DNA of 64,000 nt. It comes from Deltaproteobacteria bacterium (GTDB lineage: Bacteria; Desulfobacterota; Dissulfuribacteria; Dissulfuribacterales; QOAL01). The notes below the pieces were generated by a model. The model searched no databases. It worked only from the letters and a program-made list of their open reading frames with translations, and was not told the origin of the DNA. The translations under genes and the position numbers were made by a program. Of this stretch, positions 57,224-64,000 are shown in pieces (the first letter of the stretch is position 1; each line of letters opens with the position of its first letter). The stretch spans positions 13,520 to 77,519 of the forward strand of contig JALSNW010000044.1 in assembly GCA_026986785.1 (NCBI GenBank), read 5' to 3'.

Positions 57224-57589
57224 ATGAGCAAGACAAGATTTTTTTCATTGGTAATCGCCTTGATCTTCGGGTTTGCAGTAGGAGGCATTGCCATAGCAGG
57301 GGAAGGACCGGCAACCATCGTTCTCAAGGCAAAAAAGGGGAATGTAACGTTTCCTCATCATAAACATCAGGCAAAATTCAAGTGTGGCGAGTGCCATCAC
57401 GGCCCAGGTCATTCTGCCTACAAGGAAGGCATGAAGATAGAAAAGTGCGAAAAGTGCCACAACAAGGAATTCAAGAACAAGAAGCTCAACAGCGTAATGA
57501 AGGTTATGCACAAAAAATGTAAGGGCTGCCACAAGGCTCACAAGGCAGAAAATGCACCAACAAAGTGTAATGGTTGCCACAAGAAATAA
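57224..57589 (+). CDS. Tetraheme cytochrome c3-family protein
   Basis: Signal peptide, VTFPHHKH, four CxxCH motifs (CGECH, CEKCH, CKGCH, CNGCH), Lys-rich; strong AGGAGG RBS. Confidence 0.95.
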   Translation: MSKTRFFSLVIALIFGFAVGGIAIAGEGPATIVLKAKKGNVTFPHHKHQAKFKCGECHHGPGHSAYKEGMKIEKCEKCHNKEFKNKKLNSVMKVMHKKCKGCHKAHKAENAPTKCNGCHKK

Positions 57590-57614
57590 CCATTTCGTGA
57601 CATCTAATTGAAGG

Positions 57615-57649
57615 AAAAAGGCCTGCTCCAAACAGCAGGCCTTTCTTTT
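57615..57649. terminator. Rho-independent terminator, likely bidirectional
   Basis: AAAGGCCTGCT-CCAAAC-AGCAGGCCTTT with A and T tracts, between convergent genes. Confidence 0.85.
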
Positions 57650-57675
57650 CGGTTAGATGCCTGTCTTTGGCCAAG

Positions 57676-59058
57676 CTATGAAACTGCGTTCCTGATAAGC
57701 CTCAACAGGTCTTGTCCCAGGGATCTCATATCTGGGATATTGGTCTTTATCTCGAGCTTTTTCAATAGTTCATCCCTTATCTCAGCAAGGATCGACTCGC
57801 TGTCCATGTCCTGTACAATCAAGCTCAATACCCTTCTTGGGCTGTTTCCAGCCCATCCGCAATCGTGTTCAAAATAATATCTTGCCGCTTCTCCCACCAG
57901 GTATGAACCATATGCAGCAGCCATGCCTTGAGGCAAGGCAGTCAGTACAGTACCAGCCCCCACGGTAACGCCCTTTACGATATGAGATGCCACATGGGTT
58001 GCCCATTCAGCAACTGCCACCCACCCAGCACTTTTTGCAATCTCTACGGCAAGGCCTCCTGCACTGGATAGACTTATCTCTTCTCCATAAATATGGCCCA
58101 GGGCAGCCACCATGGCTGCATCGCTTCCAAAACCTCCTAATACGTCGGCAACAGGCACGGGATTCATGGCCACAGCCGCACCCTTTATGACACAGAAGTG
58201 AAGGATCAAGCGCCGGGCCTGTTCATTTCTCATCTTGATCTTGACAGACCTGAGCCGACCAATGGTTTCTTCTGCAAAGAGGGCGCTATTCAATGCTATC
58301 AAGGCCTTTCCCTCCCTCTTCAAAATATCCAATATCTTGACCCTGAGTTCCTCTACCTTGGGAGGCGACTTCCTCATCTCCTCGCTCACAGAACCATCTT
58401 CATGTTCTATGATGTATCTTCTTGGCATTGGATCAGCACTTGTGATAACGATATTGGACTCGGGTATCAAACCCTGTACCCTCTTGGCCAGGACCTTCTT
58501 TAAATCAGATAGCTGCTCTTTGGAGAATAGATCCATCTTGTTGAGTACCAGGACCACGGGTTTATGGACATCTATGAGTTGTCGAAATACAGAAAGCTCC
58601 AGATCATTCAGATCGGAATCGGTTACGAAAAGTACCAGGTCGGCCATTCGGGCCTGTATGCAGGCAAGCTCTGCCATCTTTGCCCCATCCACCTCGTTTA
58701 TCCCTGGTGTGTCTATCAACTCGGCATAAGAATCGCCCAGACCTGGAATACGGTATGTCTTTGTAACCCAAGGAACCCTTTGGGTATCTCTGGTAACACC
58801 TCCCTGAACCCCAACTTTTGCCAGTTTCCTACCTGCAAGTGCATTTATCAGTGCTGATTTTCCCGTGGATATCTCCCCCAGGAAAACGATGTCGATCCGA
58901 CCTGTCTCCAATTTCTCTATCAGGGCCTGAAGTTGGTTCATCTCCCAGGCAAGGGGTTCTTTCTCCTCCTGGGTAGCATTGTCAAAATCCTTCATTGTCT
59001 TGTGCACAGACTCCAGGGCCTTCTGATAAAGCCCCTTGCCGGCATCATCTTTGCTCAT
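57676..59058 (-). CDS. Era-like GTPase with C-terminal DUF697/YcjF domain
   Basis: GEISTGKS, GVT, DTPG, NKMD; NPVPVAD...YLVGEAARYYF. Confidence 0.85.
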   Translation of the reverse strand: MSKDDAGKGLYQKALESVHKTMKDFDNATQEEKEPLAWEMNQLQALIEKLETGRIDIVFLGEISTGKSALINALAGRKLAKVGVQGGVTRDTQRVPWVTKTYRIPGLGDSYAELIDTPGINEVDGAKMAELACIQARMADLVLFVTDSDLNDLELSVFRQLIDVHKPVVLVLNKMDLFSKEQLSDLKKVLAKRVQGLIPESNIVITSADPMPRRYIIEHEDGSVSEEMRKSPPKVEELRVKILDILKREGKALIALNSALFAEETIGRLRSVKIKMRNEQARRLILHFCVIKGAAVAMNPVPVADVLGGFGSDAAMVAALGHIYGEEISLSSAGGLAVEIAKSAGWVAVAEWATHVASHIVKGVTVGAGTVLTALPQGMAAAYGSYLVGEAARYYFEHDCGWAGNSPRRVLSLIVQDMDSESILAEIRDELLKKLEIKTNIPDMRSLGQDLLRLIRNAVS

Positions 59059-59073
59059 ACACACGGACCCCTT

Positions 59074-60621
59074 TCAGCTACCTTTCTTAAACCTCTTGGC
59101 CCCTTCTACAGCAAGGCGGGCAAGTTGGCTTGGAGAGGTCAACCTTTCCCATTTTTTCATTGCATCACCCTTAAGGACATTTTCTGCCGTCTCTTTTTCA
59201 GACTGAAAATATTCGATCATCACCAGCCCTATCCAGCGTGTCATGACCGCTTGCACCACGCCCTGGAGCGCTCCTCCGCTCAGAGTACCAGCACCGGGCA
59301 CACCCTTTAGACCAGATGCCACCACCTGGGCAACGCCAGGGGCCAATGCAGAGGCACCAAGAGACGCACACAGGTTCTTCAAAAGTTTGTCCAAAAGCTC
59401 CTCGGCATCTGCCAAACCTATCTTCCTTTCGAAGATGGCAGCGATCTCCAGGACCATCTTGAGACTAAAGCCCAGCCCTACTGCCAGATCGATGACAGGG
59501 GTTGGGCTTGCCCCAGCAGCGATGGCTGCCTTCCAGGTATAAGACTCTACAACCTTGTGGGCACGTCCTATAAGCACTTGTCGCAACCTCCTGGAAACAT
59601 CTGTTTTCAACGCCCTGGACTGAAGAAGTAGGTTGCACAAAAGAAGTTTCCTGCGTTGATCCTTGATCACTGTATACATCCTGTTTGAAAGCTGGGAGAC
59701 ATCTGGGGGAATCTCTTCGATCTCCTCCCGCTCTTCACCCTGGGGGCTGACCCTTACAATGGTACGTTTAACAATTGCTGCCTGTACCACAACTATATCT
59801 TCTGGTTCCACCAGGTCCTTTAGCTGTATCTTGAGCCTATCGATTAGGAGTCGTTGATCTTTTGGAGAGAACCAGTCCTGTTTGTTGAGACAGACGATGA
59901 CCCTTTTCTCCATATGGCAAAGAGCTGCTATGGCATCATACTCAAAGACCTTGAGAGGGCCATCGATCACGAATAGGATGAGGTCTGCATTCTCGGCAGC
60001 ACTTATTGCCAGATCGGTCCTCTGGCCACCATCGGCCTCTGCAAGCCCTGGAGTATCCACCAGTACAACCCTGTCTCCCCCTGGGAACTCCACTTGCCTG
60101 ACCACCTTAGTAGTGCCACCAGAAACAGCCGTATCGAAAACCTGTTTTCCTGCAAGGACGTTGAGCAAACTCGACTTACCGCTCGACACGGTCCCAAAGG
60201 CAGCGATTTCAAGTATCTCCTTTTCAAGCTTTAGCTCTATCCGCTTTGAGGCCTCTTCAAGGACCTTTTGGAAATCCGGTGTGTTGGTATCCTTTGCAAA
60301 TCTTTTCGCCTCCTGGATGTTTTCCGATATCTGCCTGAGCTTTTCCCTGTCAGGGATCTGTGACAAGGGTTTCGAGGAAAACTTTTGCCTGTTTTTTTCC
60401 TTTTGGGTGTTTTTGTAAAGGACCAAGAATATCCAGATAGATGCGCCAACCATGAGCAAGAGGCCCAAACAGATGCCCCCCAGGTATATATAACCCCATA
60501 CCTGGCCATGGGCCTTGGCAATATCGTATTGTTGGATCAACCGTGCTGGCATTGTGAAGAGCATGTAGCCCAGAAAGACGATCCCTATCAAGATGGCAGT
60601 CTTGTACAGACCTTTTTTCAT
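59074..60621 (-). CDS. Era-like GTPase with DUF697 domain and two N-terminal TM helices (paralog of the neighbour)
   Basis: GTVSSGKS, GTT, DTPG, NKQD; SPTPVID...WIG.VMIEYF. Confidence 0.85.
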   Translation of the reverse strand: MKKGLYKTAILIGIVFLGYMLFTMPARLIQQYDIAKAHGQVWGYIYLGGICLGLLLMVGASIWIFLVLYKNTQKEKNRQKFSSKPLSQIPDREKLRQISENIQEAKRFAKDTNTPDFQKVLEEASKRIELKLEKEILEIAAFGTVSSGKSSLLNVLAGKQVFDTAVSGGTTKVVRQVEFPGGDRVVLVDTPGLAEADGGQRTDLAISAAENADLILFVIDGPLKVFEYDAIAALCHMEKRVIVCLNKQDWFSPKDQRLLIDRLKIQLKDLVEPEDIVVVQAAIVKRTIVRVSPQGEEREEIEEIPPDVSQLSNRMYTVIKDQRRKLLLCNLLLQSRALKTDVSRRLRQVLIGRAHKVVESYTWKAAIAAGASPTPVIDLAVGLGFSLKMVLEIAAIFERKIGLADAEELLDKLLKNLCASLGASALAPGVAQVVASGLKGVPGAGTLSGGALQGVVQAVMTRWIGLVMIEYFQSEKETAENVLKGDAMKKWERLTSPSQLARLAVEGAKRFKKGS

Positions 60622-60672
60622 ATAATAGATCCAGAAAAAACCTCTTTTAAAGATGAAAACCCCTTCATATTA

Positions 60673-63108
60673 CTAAGAAAAGCGGGGAACAGCCTCCCAA
60701 AAAATAAAGGCATCCTTATTGAAGATGTCATTTCTTCTTGGCTTTATGAAAAAGCTTTCCACAGGATAATCCTCTGGCGCGTATTTTTGGGATAGCTTTT
60801 CCGTCTCCTGATCCAACTCTTGGGCCAGTGTTGAGATAGCCTCTTCTATTCTGTGTATATTTTCCCTGGCCCTATCCACATCCTGCTTTTCCCTGAGCAT
60901 TCTTCCTGCACTCCTGATCCCCCTTCCCGCCCTTGAAGCACTGGTGACAGAGACGGTCTTCCTGCCAAAAAGGGCACCCAAAATGGCAACCCCGAAAGAT
61001 ACAGCGGTGTCCACCCCCCTGGCAGTGACATCCCCCTGCTCTTTTTCAAGCCGGCTCTTTGCCCTTGCCAACCTGTCGTCCAGAAGTCTGAATCTCTTTT
61101 CGTATTTTTTTTCAAGCCGATCCAAGGCCTCTGCCTTCTTTGAACTTACAACTTCAGCCACCCGGCTCCTGAAATCCTCCAAGGATTCCCCTGGCCTGGA
61201 TTCAAGCCTCAAGGCCTTCACCCTGTATAGCTCGATACGACAGGTGCGATAGAGATAATCGCTCCACGACCTGATAAAGGGCGAAAGAGAACTTACAGAC
61301 ATTATGGCTGGTGGGAGGGGAAGATAGGAACATTTCGATGGGGGAGTTGAGGAAAGATCGTGAATATCAAACCCCAAGGGCTCGGCGTTGGCCCAGTCGG
61401 GATCTTTAAAATCCTCATTGAGAAAAACCCTTGCTGTATATTCTTGGATCTCGTCTATTCCCCTACGGTTGTCCACAAACCTGACAGTGGCAGAGAGCCC
61501 AAGATGTGGCCTGAGGATAAAACTGTCCACAGAGACAGGAGGGATCAGATAATACTGACTGAAACGACTTGACAATATCGGCCTGGAACCTTGGGCCTTT
61601 CTTTTGTCAACTTCAGAGAATACAGCCGTCTGAACAGAGACTGAATCATACGTTGGGCCTTTGTCAACAGATGCTACGGCCTCTTCGGTCTTTTCTACCT
61701 CTTGAGCAGACAATCTTCTGATATTTTCCAGGGTGAGAGGCCCCCTGAGATATGACATGACCCACCTGGTCTGAAAAATAACAGGTCTTTCCAAGTGGAC
61801 TGAACGAAGAAGAAACGTCCGTCCAGGCAAGGAAGACAAAATACTTCTGAGCTTCGGGGCATCGATATCGGTGCTGGAAGCTGTCTTAAGACCATCCATA
61901 ACCCTGTCTTGATCCTGCCTCGTCTGGAGTCGCCCTATGAACCAGGTCCCTATGTTAGAAAGCCCCCTGTAGTCGAGATCCACTGGATTCTGGGTAGCCA
62001 GGACCAATCCTGCCCCATATGCCCTGGCCTGCTTCAACAACAAGAGCATTGGCCTTTTGCTTGGTGGTTCGGCCACCGGGGGAAAATATCCTGAAATCTC
62101 ATCCATATAGAGGAGAGACCTCAGGGATGAGGTTCCCGGCTGTATCCTTAGCCAATTTAGAAACCTATTAAGTAGGATGGTAACAAAAAACATGCGCTCG
62201 GACTCACTCAGATGTGCTATGGAAAAAATGGATATCCTGGGCCTTCCCTCTCTGGTGTATAGAATACTGCCAATATCCAAGGGTTCCCCTTGAAGCCATG
62301 ACGAAAAGCCAGGGCTGGCAAGTATGGTATTGAAGGCCATTGCCAACTTCATCCTCTCTTGAGAGGGATAAATGGTATCAAGGGGGAGGACCCCTAACTT
62401 TTGAAATGGTGGATTTATTATGTTTCCTATTATTGTCTCCAAGTTCAGAGATTGATTTCTCCTCCAGAAGTATAGAAAGATATTGGAAAGAAGGAGATGT
62501 TCCTTGTTCTTAAGGGGCTCGGACTCTATCCCTGTCAGGGCCAATAGTCCCGTGACAGTAGAATTTATAAGGCTGTTCAAGATCACTGCATCGTCAAGAA
62601 TGTCTTGGTTGGGGGCATCAAAGCTGGCGAGAAGTGAAATAGGTTGACCTGCATTGCTCCCTGGAGTGAATATACATCTTTGTGCCCTTTGAACATATTT
62701 TTTTATCCTGTCTGGCCCTTGCCACCATTGGCTTAAGCCATTTCTCCAGGTCTGTGCAACATGCCGTGCCATCTCTTCCCGACTCATGCCCTTTCTTGCT
62801 GCCTCCTCGTCATCTATCCAGGGTAAGAACTGCTCCGGGGACAGGCTTGGAAATGCAAGCATGAGGTTCCCCATGTCCCCTTTTGGATCGATAACAATCA
62901 CAGGGATACTGTCCATTGCAGCCTCTTCAATAATGCTTATGCCAAGACCGGTCTTTCCACTGCCAGTCATGCCTATAATCGCTGCATGGGTGGTAAAATT
63001 CTTATTCTTGAAGAGAAAAGGTTCTGGAACAGGAGAGGCTGTATCTGGATCGAGCCTTCGTCCAAGGAAAAAGGTGTTTAGCCTTTCGAAATCAAAAACC
63101 ATTTTCAC
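60673..63108 (-). CDS. HerA/FtsK-superfamily (DUF87-like) ATPase with C-terminal coiled-coil hairpin
   Basis: THAAIIGMTGSGKT, IDPKGD, LYMDE, KQARAYG, LATQNP; GTG at 63108 spaced from AGGAGG. Confidence 0.85.
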   Translation of the reverse strand: MKMVFDFERLNTFFLGRRLDPDTASPVPEPFLFKNKNFTTHAAIIGMTGSGKTGLGISIIEEAAMDSIPVIVIDPKGDMGNLMLAFPSLSPEQFLPWIDDEEAARKGMSREEMARHVAQTWRNGLSQWWQGPDRIKKYVQRAQRCIFTPGSNAGQPISLLASFDAPNQDILDDAVILNSLINSTVTGLLALTGIESEPLKNKEHLLLSNIFLYFWRRNQSLNLETIIGNIINPPFQKLGVLPLDTIYPSQERMKLAMAFNTILASPGFSSWLQGEPLDIGSILYTREGRPRISIFSIAHLSESERMFFVTILLNRFLNWLRIQPGTSSLRSLLYMDEISGYFPPVAEPPSKRPMLLLLKQARAYGAGLVLATQNPVDLDYRGLSNIGTWFIGRLQTRQDQDRVMDGLKTASSTDIDAPKLRSILSSLPGRTFLLRSVHLERPVIFQTRWVMSYLRGPLTLENIRRLSAQEVEKTEEAVASVDKGPTYDSVSVQTAVFSEVDKRKAQGSRPILSSRFSQYYLIPPVSVDSFILRPHLGLSATVRFVDNRRGIDEIQEYTARVFLNEDFKDPDWANAEPLGFDIHDLSSTPPSKCSYLPLPPAIMSVSSLSPFIRSWSDYLYRTCRIELYRVKALRLESRPGESLEDFRSRVAEVVSSKKAEALDRLEKKYEKRFRLLDDRLARAKSRLEKEQGDVTARGVDTAVSFGVAILGALFGRKTVSVTSASRAGRGIRSAGRMLREKQDVDRARENIHRIEEAISTLAQELDQETEKLSQKYAPEDYPVESFFIKPRRNDIFNKDAFIFWEAVPRFS

Positions 63109-63589
63109 TTTACCCACCTCCTAAGTACTTACTTACCTATTTGATAACCCTATCAAATATGCTAAAAATAGCCTTATCCTGGCTCATTTGGCAATAATTT
63201 CCATGATTATGCCACAAGAACCCCCAAAGAAACATTTTTTCATGTCACCGACAGTATGTCACTGATATAAAAAATTACTTTTTATAGACCTCTCTCCCAC
63301 AAAAAAACATGTGGCTCAGTTTACCCGTCTCGTTGGGATAGACCAGATCAGACCTGATTCAAGCTTGGCATTAGCAAATTTTTTAAATTTTTTAGTGAAC
63401 CGCCATTCATTTTGTGCTAATATCCGTTAGTGAAAATATTACCGTGAAGGAGACCTGTTCCTTTCACCGGGTAGAAGAGAATACTTTCTTAGCGAATTAT
63501 TCGCTACTTAGGGAACAAGATGTTGCTATTTGGGAGGTTTTGCGTTTAAAATCACATTATCAAGATTATCCCTTAGGAGGACAATAAAA

Positions 63590-64000
63590 GTGAAAGAAAA
63601 ACGGTCCACCAAACCAGATTATGTCACAGATGAAGAGAGAAGGGAATTTTTAAAACTGGGGCTCAAAATTACAGGGGTAATGGCTGGGGGGACAGTCCTA
63701 TCCCTGATGCCCTTGTCAGACCAGGAAGCTGGGGCTGTCGTAAAGCTTGAAGGTTACGAAAACACACAATATAAGCCTCACTACTGCATGGTTATTCGCC
63801 AAAACGACTGCGTGGATTGCCAAAAATGTATGGAGGCCTGTGTCAAGACCAATCATGTTCCTGAATATGGATTCAGGACCACCATCCTGGAAAAAACCGC
63901 CGAAGACGACAGCGGAAATACCTTCCCTGTCTTTATGCCTGTACTGTGTAATCATTGCATGAATCCCCCATGTGTCAGGGTATGCCCCACCAAGGCCACT
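63590..64000 (+). CDS. Tat-exported 4Fe-4S dicluster subunit (TtrB/NrfC/PsrB type), truncated by window end
   Basis: Not in the ORF track; hand-translated from GTG after AGGAGG: ..ERREFLK Tat motif, CVDCQKCMEAC, PVLCNHCMNPPCVRVCPTKA. Confidence 0.9.
   Translation, partial: MKEKRSTKPDYVTDEERREFLKLGLKITGVMAGGTVLSLMPLSDQEAGAVVKLEGYENTQYKPHYCMVIRQNDCVDCQKCMEACVKTNHVPEYGFRTTILEKTAEDDSGNTFPVFMPVLCNHCMNPPCVRVCPTKAT

Noticed and set aside
63520..63549. Mini-ORF MLLFGRFCV upstream of the 4Fe-4S gene as a leader peptide
   Set aside because: Nine codons, weak RBS, no attenuator structure; expected by chance
1..64000. CRISPR arrays, IS elements, prophage, rRNA
   Set aside because: No regularly spaced repeats, transposase/integrase/phage motifs or rRNA signatures seen by eye

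Overview
Chromosomal, mostly housekeeping and signalling window from an anaerobic Desulfobacterota-type (deltaproteobacterial) genome. The taxon is inferred from tetraheme cytochrome c3, a Tat-exported 4Fe-4S subunit, MglAB, HDOD and a PEP-synthase-like protein. I saw no CRISPR array, rRNA, IS element or prophage. Core genes: nnr, lgt, pcnB, fbp, htpX, tRNA-Gln, birA, frameshifted prfB, lnt, uvrD/pcrA, trkAH and an M32 carboxypeptidase, plus one parS site. Four modules stand out. (1) 22.8-35.6 kb: a receptor-less chemosensory-like operon (HDOD, three catalytically dead CheB paralogs, CheY, CheA with two His-less Hpt repeats). It sits back-to-back, via two sigma28-type promoters, with mglB-mglA, a CheW-like acidic protein and a TPR-PilB fusion. 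This is the best candidate for an undescribed system. (2) 42.9-46.5 kb: a DUF202 Arg-heptad/receiver membrane protein paired with a dikinase of unknown acceptor. (3) 46.6-55.9 kb: a PAS-RsbR stressosome whose output kinase lacks the phospho-His and runs directly into a YdbH/YdbL-type envelope bridge. (4) 57.7-63.1 kb: a HerA/FtsK-like ATPase plus tandem DUF697 GTPases. All family calls come from motif recognition by eye; no searches were run.
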